DNA of 64,000 nt from Candidatus Aenigmatarchaeota archaeon (GTDB lineage Archaea; Aenigmatarchaeota; Aenigmatarchaeia; QMZS01), in assembly GCA_023134135.1 (NCBI GenBank), contig JAGLVB010000005.1, positions 19,715 to 83,714 on the forward strand, in the 5' to 3' direction. Positions 36,727-45,894 of this stretch are shown piece after piece (within the stretch, counting starts at the first letter, position 1; each line of letters starts with the position of its first letter). The notes beneath the pieces were generated by a model. It saw nothing but the letters and a program-made list of their open reading frames with translations, had not been told where the DNA came from and did not search any database. The position numbers and the translations under genes are program-made.

Positions 36727-38031
36727 TTATTTCCTCTGTCTGTTATCAATATCTCTTATAAACCTGTCAAGGATATCCACGAATTTCTTGACATAACTTC
36801 TTGTTACTTCCACATCCCTCTCAGGAATTTTATTGATTTCTTTCTCGGCGACTTTTTTCATTCCAATCACCTTATCAAATACTTCAAGATAACTCTTTGG
36901 CAAATAATTCTTTTCAATCAACTCTTTTTTTATTGCCCCCGGAAGATTTTTTGGATCCTGCGGAAGTTTATCCACTTTCTTAAGAGCCATGATTGTTGAT
37001 TTCAATAAAATCTCGTAGTTTTTATCAATAAGCACTCTCTTCTTTTGGTTCTGGAGCGACTGGTAAATCTTTCGCATTTCCTTCACATAGTCCTCCGCTT
37101 TCTCAAGGAATTCATCAACTTTAGCTCCTGTGACTTCCTTTACTTTTTTGTGCTCAACATCTTTTCTGAACTTAATAACTTTCTCAAGAAGTTTATAATA
37201 TTGTCTTGGGAGCATTTTTGTATCAACCAGATATTCCTTAACCGCTTTTGGGGTGGCTTTTGGATCAGGAACCTGTTTTCCAAGATACATCAAAACTGCC
37301 TGCGAAGAATTAAGCATCGCGTAATAGCAGTCCTCAGAAACCTGATATAATCTAACATTTTTTGCCCTCTCAATTTTCTTTGGGGCGGAAATCATCAATA
37401 ATTCGATGGATTCCAGACTTGCTGGAATTTTTCCTCTTTCCAGAAGTTTTTTCATTGGGATAAAAAATCCCTGGTCATACAAAGCCCATCCATCTCTCAG
37501 GACAGTCATTAATAAAGGATGCGAAACTCTGACCATATCCCAAAATTCTGTTATGGTCCACGGAGGTTGTATGTGCAGTCTTGAATCTAGTTTTTTTGCG
37601 GTTTTAAAAAGATTATCAGCAACAGATTCCTTAAATTCATCGGTGATTCTCATTTTTGTATCATCAAGCAAAATAAGAACATCCAGATCGCTTTCTTCAG
37701 TAAAATCTTTTCTTAGATAAGAACCAAAAACAAATATAGTCTTTACCATATCCTTGTATTTCTTTAAGCATTGTTTTTTAAATTCTTCTGCCTTCTCAAA
37801 AACCTCCTTTTTTATCTTTTCTTTCTGTTTTTCAGTAAGTTCCTTTTTTTTAGGTTTGGAAATTGCTTTTGTCTGTTTTTTAGAAATAATTCTCTTATTC
37901 TCCTGTTTTTTGGAAGCAAGTGCCTTAGTTGCAGGTTTTTTTCCTGTTTTTGCGGTTTTTATTGCTTTAATTGGCTTTTTACTGCGTTTCACAACAGTTC
38001 CCCGCTTTTTAGCAACTTTCTTGATAGCCAT
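36727..38031 (-). CDS. Lysine-rich tail + minimal nucleotidyltransferase (MNT) + HEPN-like fusion protein
   Basis: N-terminal about 70 aa are K/A/P-rich. FVFGSYLRKDFTEESDLDVLILLDD is the NTase G-S...D-x-D motif. Downstream helical repeats contain FRKDVEH (R-x4-H). Confidence 0.65.
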   Translation of the reverse strand: MAIKKVAKKRGTVVKRSKKPIKAIKTAKTGKKPATKALASKKQENKRIISKKQTKAISKPKKKELTEKQKEKIKKEVFEKAEEFKKQCLKKYKDMVKTIFVFGSYLRKDFTEESDLDVLILLDDTKMRITDEFKESVADNLFKTAKKLDSRLHIQPPWTITEFWDMVRVSHPLLMTVLRDGWALYDQGFFIPMKKLLERGKIPASLESIELLMISAPKKIERAKNVRLYQVSEDCYYAMLNSSQAVLMYLGKQVPDPKATPKAVKEYLVDTKMLPRQYYKLLEKVIKFRKDVEHKKVKEVTGAKVDEFLEKAEDYVKEMRKIYQSLQNQKKRVLIDKNYEILLKSTIMALKKVDKLPQDPKNLPGAIKKELIEKNYLPKSYLEVFDKVIGMKKVAEKEINKIPERDVEVTRSYVKKFVDILDRFIRDIDNRQRK

Positions 38032-38083
38032 AATAGATTAAAATAGTATATAAGTAGTTTATCTTTTTAAAAAAAAAGAATAT

Positions 38084-38644
38084 ATGAAAGAAATGAAATT
38101 CGTGAACGACGGAATCTTAAAACAAGAAATATATGATTATCTAGCCAATAAACTAAAAGATATAAATTTCGAAGACATTGAAGTCAATTACCTACCTACA
38201 AATATCAGAATATTAATCCACACAACTCAACCCGGGGCTATTATAGGTCCTGGCGGAGAAAAAATAAGCAGATTAACAGAAGAGATTAAAAAAAGATTCA
38301 ATATAGAAGCGCAGGTAGATATAAAAAGGATTGACCGTGATATAGTAGTTCCAAAAACAATAGCTTCCAATATCGCAAGAGGTATCGAAAACAAAAAACA
38401 TTACAGAAGACTTGCGGATTATCACCTCAATAAGATAATGAGACATGATAATGTGCTTGGAGCGGAAATAATTTTGGATGGATTAATTACAGGTTCAAAA
38501 ACAAGAAAAGACAAATTCGCAAAAGGCTATATGAAAAAATCCGGATCTCTTGTTGAAAAATATGTTAAATGCGGCATAGCAACAGCCCACCCTGCAATAG
38601 GCTCCATAGGCGTAAAAGTAAGTGTATATATAAAGCCTGAATAA
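38084..38644 (+). CDS. rps3: 30S ribosomal protein S3 (uS3)
   Basis: KH-domain segment IRILIHTTQPGAIIGPGGEKISRL and C-terminal domain GAEIILDG...GSIGVKV. Confidence 0.85.
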   Translation: MKEMKFVNDGILKQEIYDYLANKLKDINFEDIEVNYLPTNIRILIHTTQPGAIIGPGGEKISRLTEEIKKRFNIEAQVDIKRIDRDIVVPKTIASNIARGIENKKHYRRLADYHLNKIMRHDNVLGAEIILDGLITGSKTRKDKFAKGYMKKSGSLVEKYVKCGIATAHPAIGSIGVKVSVYIKPE

Positions 38645-38645
38645 T

Positions 38646-39473
38646 TTACCTGTTCTTCAGGTATTTTCTCAATCTTTTTATATCTTTTTCAGAATGTATG
38701 TTGAAAATTGGGGTATTTATAATATACCCGCTCATCGCTCTTCGTTCTATAAGTTTTGGGTATACCTCTTTTTGCAATTCCCATTGTATTCTTCCTTTTG
38801 GAATATAATCAAATATTTGCTTATCGCATACGGCGGCAAAAGCGGAAATCAAAGTTTTCTTGCCTGTTTTTTTCTCCTCATGCTTAATAATTCTTGAACC
38901 TATCATTGAAATATTGCCGTATTTTTTCGTGGTTGAAGTTGGGACAACGGTCAGAGTAACAAGACTTCTAAGAATAGTCTGATTCATATTATGCCTTTTC
39001 ATTAACTCAAGGAAATCCAAGTCATAATATTGATCTATCGGCAAAACAAGAAAGTTCTGCGGAAGTTTATCTCTTATAAGTTCAAGAGTTTTTGCATTTC
39101 CCAGTTCTTCTTTTTCTTCAATATATTCTATATCCGCATCAGGATATCCCTCAGAAAGATTTTCAAAACAGGTGTTTACAACTTCTTTTTGTCCAACAAT
39201 AAAAATCTTCCCGAATTCAGAAAGTCTTTCAAACAACAAATCTAAAAGAGTTTTATCCTGCTTCACCGGAATCAAAAACTTAAATTTATTGTTCAATTTC
39301 AATTTATCGGGGTTTCCCCCCGCAAGAATAACTGCAACACTTGAATTCTGTAGGTATTTTTTAATGCATTCTTCCATAAAACCCGACCTTGAATCAAAGT
39401 TTAGATTATCTATAAATTTATCCGCGTGTTTCAGCAGTTCAGAATCAATAGTGAGAGAAATCCTTTTTTTCAT
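38646..39473 (-). CDS. Ribbon-helix-helix (CopG-like) domain fused to nucleotidyltransferase-like domain
   Basis: N-terminus MKKRISLTIDSELLKHADKFI...FMEECIKKYL is RHH-like. It is followed by VAVILAGGNPDKL and a GT-A/NTP-transferase-like body. Confidence 0.55.
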   Translation of the reverse strand: MKKRISLTIDSELLKHADKFIDNLNFDSRSGFMEECIKKYLQNSSVAVILAGGNPDKLKLNNKFKFLIPVKQDKTLLDLLFERLSEFGKIFIVGQKEVVNTCFENLSEGYPDADIEYIEEKEELGNAKTLELIRDKLPQNFLVLPIDQYYDLDFLELMKRHNMNQTILRSLVTLTVVPTSTTKKYGNISMIGSRIIKHEEKKTGKKTLISAFAAVCDKQIFDYIPKGRIQWELQKEVYPKLIERRAMSGYIINTPIFNIHSEKDIKRLRKYLKNR

Positions 39474-39553
39474 AATTAAGCCTTTTATTTGTTAACTGAT
39501 ACAAAATACTAAGAAATTGGGTATTTGTTTATTATATATATCTATTCTATATT

Positions 39554-40048
39554 ATGACAAATAATGAACTTAAAGGAATTTCCCCTGTAATAGCAACAAT
39601 ATTAATGGTAATGATTACAGTTGGTTTAGTGGCGTTCAGTTACAGTTGGTTTACAAGTATAGCAGAAACAGGAAAGAAATCATCAGATGAATTTCTTACT
39701 GAAATGGAAAAATCTTCTCAAAGTTTTAATATAGCAACCGCTTATGAATGTACACCTAATGTAATCTGCTTTGCATTTCAGGCATATTCAAAGAACAAAT
39801 ATAGCATCTCACCAAATAATAGCCATGTCACAGCATATCTTAATGATGTACCTGTAGTTATTGGAAACTGGACTGGAGGTATAGGTGGTACTGAGTGTTA
39901 CAATGCCACAAATAAATTATCTGAAGGAGAAATTTGTTATGGTTATGTAAATGCAACCAGTGGAACCTGCAATTCTGGAGATATGCTTTCATTTAGAATA
40001 GAGCATAGTTGGGGAGCAAAAAAAACAAAATCCATTTTATGTAAATAA
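39554..40048 (+). CDS. Archaeal type IV pilin (DUF1628/archaellin N-terminal-type signal)
   Basis: MTNNELKGISPVIATILMVMITVGLVAFSYSWF: a KG cleavage motif plus the conserved hydrophobic helix. Confidence 0.75.
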   Translation: MTNNELKGISPVIATILMVMITVGLVAFSYSWFTSIAETGKKSSDEFLTEMEKSSQSFNIATAYECTPNVICFAFQAYSKNKYSISPNNSHVTAYLNDVPVVIGNWTGGIGGTECYNATNKLSEGEICYGYVNATSGTCNSGDMLSFRIEHSWGAKKTKSILCK

Positions 40049-40072
40049 TTTTGATTTTTTAATAATATATTT

Positions 40073-40864
40073 ATGAGATTAAAGGATTTGCTGAAAAATA
40101 TATTAACTAAAGAAGAATTGGAGATTGCGCCATCGGGTTTTGATATGATAGGAGATTTGGCAATTATAAAACTTAACGAAGAACTTAAAAGGAAAGAGAG
40201 AAAAATTGCGGAACAACTCCTGAAATTAAAACAAATAAAAACCGTTCTGAAAAAAGAAGGGAAAGTTGAAAACGAATTCCGGGTTAGAAAATATAAAGTC
40301 ATCGGGGGCGAAAATACAAAAGAAACTTTGCACATAGAATTTGGGTGCAGATATAAACTTAATATTGAAACCGCATATTTTTCCCCAAGGCTTGGAAATG
40401 AAAGAGAAAGAATTACAAACCAGATTAAAGACGGAGAAAAAATACTTGTGATGTTTGCGGGGATTGGACCATACGCAATTCAGATTGCAAAATACAGGAA
40501 TGTTGATATATGGGGGGTTGAAATAAATCCTGAAGGAATTAAATATTTCAGGGAAAATGCAAAATTAAATAAAGTTGAAAAGAAAATTAAAATATTTGAA
40601 GGAGATGTCAGAAAAATAGTTTCTAGGTGGGAAGATAAATTTGACCAGATAATCATGCCTCTTCCAAAAGACGCGGAAACTTTTCTTGATGTTGCTAAAA
40701 AAGTTTCCAAGAAAAATACAATAATTCACTTGTATATGTTTGCGGACTCAAAAGAAGAAGCAATTGAAAAAATCAGTTATGATATTGAAGTTGTTGACTG
40801 CGTTGAATGCGGGGGGTACTCAAAAAGCACTTCACGCTATTGTATAGACTTTAGGTTTAAATAA
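40073..40864 (+). CDS. trm5: tRNA (guanine37-N1)-methyltransferase Trm5/Taw22-like
   Basis: AYFSPRLGNERERI and VMFAGIGPYAI motifs. 263 aa, so it lacks the N-terminal D1 domain. Confidence 0.8.
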   Translation: MRLKDLLKNILTKEELEIAPSGFDMIGDLAIIKLNEELKRKERKIAEQLLKLKQIKTVLKKEGKVENEFRVRKYKVIGGENTKETLHIEFGCRYKLNIETAYFSPRLGNERERITNQIKDGEKILVMFAGIGPYAIQIAKYRNVDIWGVEINPEGIKYFRENAKLNKVEKKIKIFEGDVRKIVSRWEDKFDQIIMPLPKDAETFLDVAKKVSKKNTIIHLYMFADSKEEAIEKISYDIEVVDCVECGGYSKSTSRYCIDFRFK

Positions 40865-40867
40865 GTA

Positions 40868-41446
40868 ATGGGGTTCAGAATTGATAAAGAAAAGGCGATG
40901 AGAAAATATGATTATGCCTTGAAAAAAAAGAAAGTTGACAAACCAATAATTCCTCTCCTCGATTATATTAACTCAATGAAAAAATATTACACAACATCCA
41001 GTTGCTCAGGGAGGACAATATTGTTGCATGAATTTGGGAAAAGGAAAATAGATACTAAATTTATTGTAAAAGAACATGAAAGCGTTGACATAGATAAATT
41101 CATGAATATAAACCTCAATGAGATGGAAGGCAAAATCTGGTTAAAACAAGAACCCTTCATAATTCACATTGTTGGAAAAACTTTGGAGAGCGCTAAAAAA
41201 GTGTTGGAGGTTGGCATGAAATCCGGACTAAAACACAGCGGGATTTTTGTTTTCAAACCGGACAGGTATATTCTTGAACTTAATGGAAATCAGAGGCTGA
41301 GCGTTCCCATCATAGAAAAAGGGAAAATGCTCATTCATCAGGATTATTTTATTTATCTGCTATCCCTCGCTGACGAGAAAATGAGGAAAAATGAAGTGAT
41401 TTGGAAGAGTTTTGAAAGAAATTTAAGGTCAAAATTCAGGGAATAA
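40868..41446 (+). CDS. taw3: tRNA wyosine-derivative methyltransferase Taw3
   Basis: YYTTSSCSGR motif and SGLKHSGI segment typical of Taw3/TYW3. Adjacent to the trm5-like gene. Confidence 0.75.
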   Translation: MGFRIDKEKAMRKYDYALKKKKVDKPIIPLLDYINSMKKYYTTSSCSGRTILLHEFGKRKIDTKFIVKEHESVDIDKFMNINLNEMEGKIWLKQEPFIIHIVGKTLESAKKVLEVGMKSGLKHSGIFVFKPDRYILELNGNQRLSVPIIEKGKMLIHQDYFIYLLSLADEKMRKNEVIWKSFERNLRSKFRE

Positions 41447-41466
41447 TATTTTTGAGTATTTGAATT

Positions 41467-41772
41467 ATGCTAAGCAAAAAGGAAATTGTTGAGAAAAGGA
41501 TAAATATCCTGTTTAAACTCGGGGAAGAAGAGTTGAGAAAAGGGAATTTTGACAGAACAAAGAGATATATTAAACTGGCAAGGAAAATCGGGATGAAATA
41601 CCAGTATACTCTGCCAAGAGAGCTGAAAAGGAAGTTCTGCAAAAAATGCAGTCTGTTATTAATCCCGGGAATAAGCTGCGCGGTTAGGCTGAACAAGAAC
41701 ACAAAGACAAGAGATATTAAATGTTTTAATTGTAATTATATTAGAAGGTATCCATATGTTAGGAAAAATTGA
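41467..41772 (+). CDS. rnp4: RNase P protein component 4 (Rpp21/Rpr2)
   Basis: RYIKLARKIGMKY...RKFCKKCSLLLIPG...CFNCNYIRRYP zinc ribbon. Confidence 0.85.
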   Translation: MLSKKEIVEKRINILFKLGEEELRKGNFDRTKRYIKLARKIGMKYQYTLPRELKRKFCKKCSLLLIPGISCAVRLNKNTKTRDIKCFNCNYIRRYPYVRKN

Positions 41773-42145
41773 ATCGAAATTGGGAAAAACAGCTGCAAAA
41801 CTTAGCGGCGAGAAGATTGTAGAATACCCTGAGTGGGCAAAATTTGTTAAAACCGGCATAAACAGGGAAAAATCACCTCAGAGTGAAAACTGGTGGTATT
41901 TAAGGTCTGCATCAATATTGAGAAAGATTTATCTTAAAGGACCTATTGGGGCTGAAAAACTGTCAAAAGAATATGGAGGTCTTCAGAACAGAGGAAGCAA
42001 ACCAGACAGATTTAAGAGAGGTTCAAGGAAAATTATTAGAGTGATTATGCAGCAGCTTGAAGATAAGAATCTTGTTAAGAAATCAGAGAATTTGAATAAA
42101 GGGAGAATAATTACCAAAGAAGGATTGGGGTATTTGAGTGAGTGA
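41756..42145 (+). CDS. rps19e: 30S ribosomal protein S19e (eS19)
   Basis: PEWAKFVKTG...ENWWYLRSASILRKIYL...GSRKIIRVIMQQLE. Confidence 0.9.
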   Translation: MLGKIESKLGKTAAKLSGEKIVEYPEWAKFVKTGINREKSPQSENWWYLRSASILRKIYLKGPIGAEKLSKEYGGLQNRGSKPDRFKRGSRKIIRVIMQQLEDKNLVKKSENLNKGRIITKEGLGYLSE

Positions 42146-42167
42146 TTAGAATTAGGATGTAATAATT

Positions 42168-42674
42168 ATGAAAAAGAAAATTAATGAACTTTTTGAAGAG
42201 CCAAAAATAGAAGAAGGTAAAGATTTTATCGATATGCAACATAAATGGAAAGATGCAATGAGACAGATTTTAGATAGAGTTGGAATAAATTCTCCGTATA
42301 GCAATTCTATGGATATTTATTCTGAACTAATAAGAGCCCATAAAAAGATATTCGGTGATGAAAAACATGATTCTAACTGGATGGGATTTGGAATGGGTCC
42401 CTCAAGAGCACAATTAGATACCTACTTATTGATAAGAATCCATGGAACATTAAAATGTTTGATGGAACGAGGAACTGATTTAGAGGAAAGCTTTTATCAG
42501 AATGAAAACGAGATTATAGAAACAAATCAAGAGAAAGAGATAGCAAAAGAAGATTTTAAAGAAATTGATATGTCAGAACTTCCAGATGAATTTAGAAAAC
42601 AAATTAAAGAAAAATATGTAAAAAAATGCTTTGTAAACAGCGATGGAATTTATAGAGTTAAAATCCATAAATAA
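42168..42674 (+). CDS. Hypothetical protein
   Basis: 168-aa ORF. No motif recognised. Confidence 0.4.
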   Translation: MKKKINELFEEPKIEEGKDFIDMQHKWKDAMRQILDRVGINSPYSNSMDIYSELIRAHKKIFGDEKHDSNWMGFGMGPSRAQLDTYLLIRIHGTLKCLMERGTDLEESFYQNENEIIETNQEKEIAKEDFKEIDMSELPDEFRKQIKEKYVKKCFVNSDGIYRVKIHK

Positions 42675-42744
42675 GAAAATCAGCATATTTTAGCTTAACA
42701 ATTTCTTTTGAGTATCATATCAATAGTTATCCTGTTTTTATATT

Positions 42745-43026
42745 ATGAAAATAGAAAAAAAGGTTCAGCAGGAATATTTTGAAAATGTAACAGAAGGCAA
42801 GAAACGTTTTGAGGTTAGACTGGCGGATTTTAAGTACAAGTCTGGTGATACTCTGGTTCTAAAGGAACAAAAACAAGGAACTAAAGAACTAACTGGGAGA
42901 AAAATAGAATGTGAAATATTATACAAATTCAATACAAAAGATATGGAGAAATTTCATACAAAAGAAGAAATAGAAAAATATGGATTTGCAATACTGGCGA
43001 TAAGAAAAAAGTTCAAATTTACTTAA
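42745..43026 (+). CDS. ASCH/DUF3850-like small PUA-fold protein, copy 1
   Basis: MKIEKKVQQEYFENVTEGKKRFEVRLADFKYKSGDTLVLKE resembles the DUF3850 pattern. Confidence 0.6.
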   Translation: MKIEKKVQQEYFENVTEGKKRFEVRLADFKYKSGDTLVLKEQKQGTKELTGRKIECEILYKFNTKDMEKFHTKEEIEKYGFAILAIRKKFKFT

Positions 43027-43097
43027 GTTACAATTTATAACTTTATTTATGAAAATAGAAAAACACTCGTCGTTCCGACGGTGCATTGTTTTATATT

Positions 43098-43358
43098 ATG
43101 AAAATCGAAAAGAAGACTTGGCCTGAACTCTTCCAGAAAATTCTCGATGGAAAGAAAACCTATGAACTACGTCTTGCGGATTGGGAATGCAGTGAAGGGG
43201 ACATTCTGGTTTTGAAAGAATGGAATCCTGACACAAAAAAATACACCAGAAGAATCCTTGAGAAAAAAATAACTTATGTCCTTAAAACAAAAGATTTAAA
43301 ATACTGGTCTAAAGAAGAAATAGAAAAGTTCGGGTTTCAGATAATTTCTTTCAGATAA
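43098..43358 (+). CDS. ASCH/DUF3850-like small PUA-fold protein, copy 2
   Basis: MKIEKKTWPELFQKILDGKKTYELRLADWECSEGDILVLKE. Paralogue of copy 1. Start at ATG 43098; the track gives 43086. Confidence 0.6.
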   Translation: MKIEKKTWPELFQKILDGKKTYELRLADWECSEGDILVLKEWNPDTKKYTRRILEKKITYVLKTKDLKYWSKEEIEKFGFQIISFR

Positions 43359-43394
43359 AAAAGATTGCATGAAGGCAATTATTTTCTGAACATT

Positions 43395-44270
43395 TTATTC
43401 AATCTTTTTTAGCAATATGGATTTAATATTATCAAACATTGATTTATAAGTTTCATCATATTCAACTATTGGTATCATATCTGTTAATGCTTTTGCAAAT
43501 TGTTTATCAAAAGGTATTTTCTCAATAAGATCCAATTTATTTATTTTTGCAAATTCCTCAATTTTAGCGGTTTGATTTAAATTAAGGTCAAATTTGTTGA
43601 TTACTATTCCAGCGGGAATTTTGAAATGAGCAATAACCTCTAAAGCTTTCTTCATATCAGAAAAACCTGAAGGTGTGGGTTCAGTTACAAGGACCGCATA
43701 ATCAGACCCAGCAACCGAGGCTATCACAGGACACCCAATTCCCGCCGCAGAATCAATAAACATCACCTCCGCATCAAAGCCCCTTTCTCTTGCTTTTTTC
43801 TTTACTTCAAAAACCACTTTTCCAGAACCTGATTCCCCAGGATTTAATTGCGCTGAAACAACCTCAAACCCGTATTTTGTGTTTGCATAACCTATTTTTG
43901 CGTTATTCACTTTTTTCATGGAAATTGCATTCTGGGGGCAAACAAGTTCGCACATCCCGCAACCTTCGCAACTAAATTCTTTTAGCTTGGGTTTATTATT
44001 TTCCCAGTCTATTGCATTAAAATGACATTCATTAAAGCATTTCTTGCAGGAATTGCATTTGTCCAAATCAAATACTGCTTTTTCATTTGTTGATATATCC
44101 TTCCACTCCGCATATTCGTCCGCGCCCAAAACCAAAGAAAGATTTGAAGCATCTACATCGCAATCAGCGCAAATTATTTTTTTATCTTTTGAAAAAGATA
44201 CTGCTAATGACGCCGCAATACTGCTTTTTCCAACACCCCCCTTGCCAGAAAGAATTGTTATTAATTTCAT
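43395..44270 (-). CDS. MinD/ParA-type P-loop ATPase with inserted 2x[4Fe-4S] ferredoxin motifs
   Basis: SGKGGVGKSS deviant Walker A, plus CNSCKKCFNEC and CEGCGMCELVCP cluster motifs. Confidence 0.8.
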   Translation of the reverse strand: MKLITILSGKGGVGKSSIAASLAVSFSKDKKIICADCDVDASNLSLVLGADEYAEWKDISTNEKAVFDLDKCNSCKKCFNECHFNAIDWENNKPKLKEFSCEGCGMCELVCPQNAISMKKVNNAKIGYANTKYGFEVVSAQLNPGESGSGKVVFEVKKKARERGFDAEVMFIDSAAGIGCPVIASVAGSDYAVLVTEPTPSGFSDMKKALEVIAHFKIPAGIVINKFDLNLNQTAKIEEFAKINKLDLIEKIPFDKQFAKALTDMIPIVEYDETYKSMFDNIKSILLKKIE

Positions 44271-45106
44271 TTTACAATCACCCTCAATAAATTTGAAATT
44301 TGTTCATGAATAATCGGACTGCCTTTTGAATAATTATCAACTATCTCTTTAGAATAAGGTATTTCACAAATAATTGTTAACCCATACTTTTTTGCCAAAT
44401 CCACTATAATTTGTCTATTACCCATATCCGACCTGTTTAAAACAATATCTGAATTTATATTCAGTCTTTTAAGAAGTTGCAGGATTATTTCAAGATCATG
44501 TTTCCCTAAAGGCGTTGGTTCAGTCACCGTAAAAACATAATCGCACATTTCCAAAGCCGCAATAACAGGACAATGGGTTCCGGCCGCAGTATCTATAATC
44601 ACATAATCATATTTTTCCTTTTCCTGTTCAATTATTTCATTTAAGGAATTCACAACAAATTCAGATACAGGTTCATTGGCTTTTAATTCGCCTGATAAAA
44701 AATTAATATTGTAATTGCTTCCTGTGAAAATTTGACCAATCTCTTTTTTATCCCAACTGATTGCATCCACAGGACATTTAAATACGCAACTCCCGCAACC
44801 ATTGCACTGTGATTTCATAAAAATCGGGTATTGTCCTTTTATAGAAACAATCGCGTTAGATTTGCAAACCGTCCCGCACAAACCGCATTGAGCGCATTTT
44901 TCAAAATCCCATTTTGGTATTCTTTGTTTAACTGATTGAAAGAAATCTCTTTTAATGTCCAAAAGCAAATGATCATTGGGACAATCAACATCCGCATCAA
45001 CCAAAAGAACTTTATTCTCCTTTGCCAGCTGATAAACAAGAGCTGTGGCTATTGTTGATTTTCCTGTTCCTCCTTTTCCCCCTGTGATGCCGATTACTTT
45101 AACCAT
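44267..45106 (-). CDS. MinD/ParA-type P-loop ATPase with inserted 2x[4Fe-4S] ferredoxin motifs (paralogue)
   Basis: TGGKGGTGKST, CAQCGLCGTVC and CNGCGSCVFKCP. Start at MVKVIGITGG; the track ORF extends to 45154. Confidence 0.8.
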   Translation of the reverse strand: MVKVIGITGGKGGTGKSTIATALVYQLAKENKVLLVDADVDCPNDHLLLDIKRDFFQSVKQRIPKWDFEKCAQCGLCGTVCKSNAIVSIKGQYPIFMKSQCNGCGSCVFKCPVDAISWDKKEIGQIFTGSNYNINFLSGELKANEPVSEFVVNSLNEIIEQEKEKYDYVIIDTAAGTHCPVIAALEMCDYVFTVTEPTPLGKHDLEIILQLLKRLNINSDIVLNRSDMGNRQIIVDLAKKYGLTIICEIPYSKEIVDNYSKGSPIIHEQISNLLRVIVK

Positions 45107-45132
45107 ATATTCTTTGACAATAAAAATTAAAC

Positions 45133-45879
45133 TCAATGGCTCTCCTGACCGCAACTCTGCGTTTGATCTTCTAATCTATCCAGATTTTCAATAACTTCTT
45201 TAACAGTGCTATAAGGTCCTGTTTTTAATGCCATGCCTTTTTCTTCAATCAGTTTAATAGCTCTTCCTCCAATATCTTTTGCAAAAATTGTTGTAGGATT
45301 TAATGTTTCTTCAATCTGGTCTATCGGGCTTTTACTTGGATCTATATGACTTAAATTATTCTCAATTATCTCCAGTTCTTTTTTTTCTGCATCATAAACC
45401 CCAAAGAAAGGCGCACTGCCAAAATGCCCTGAAATATCTGAATTCAGTCCGTTATCATTCAGCAATGGAAAGAAAATTCTCTCTCCCGCACTTTTTTCTT
45501 TTTGAAATATGCCGAAATGAGATGGCGCAACTTCACCAATTTCTTCCAAATTGTCATTCACAAATGCCTCAATTGCATCTTTTACCTTTCCCGAAGCCTG
45601 ATAAGAAAATATTCCCAATTTACCCAAAACCGCAGTTGCATTAGGTCCAAGATTCCCGGTAATTACTGCTTTTACACCCAATTCGCCTATCTGTTGAGCG
45701 GCTCTTATGCCAGCGCCATGTCCCTGAATTGCGCCCTGGTTTTCCACTGCTTCAATTTTACTAATATCTTCAGTATCAACAATTAAAAAATATTTGCATC
45801 TGCCAAACCTTTGATCAATCAAACTCTCGATTGTATTGTTTTCTGAGCTAATTGCAACCTTCATTTTTTTAACTCCCAT
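45133..45879 (-). CDS. Tandem NifX/NifB-like (dinitrogenase FeMo-cofactor-binding fold) domain protein
   Basis: First domain MKVAISSEN...FGRCKYFLIVD...AVITGNLGPNA. Second domain ISGHFGSAPFFGVYD... Confidence 0.65.
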   Translation of the reverse strand: MGVKKMKVAISSENNTIESLIDQRFGRCKYFLIVDTEDISKIEAVENQGAIQGHGAGIRAAQQIGELGVKAVITGNLGPNATAVLGKLGIFSYQASGKVKDAIEAFVNDNLEEIGEVAPSHFGIFQKEKSAGERIFFPLLNDNGLNSDISGHFGSAPFFGVYDAEKKELEIIENNLSHIDPSKSPIDQIEETLNPTTIFAKDIGGRAIKLIEEKGMALKTGPYSTVKEVIENLDRLEDQTQSCGQESH

Positions 45880-45894
45880 AAATAACTATTATTT

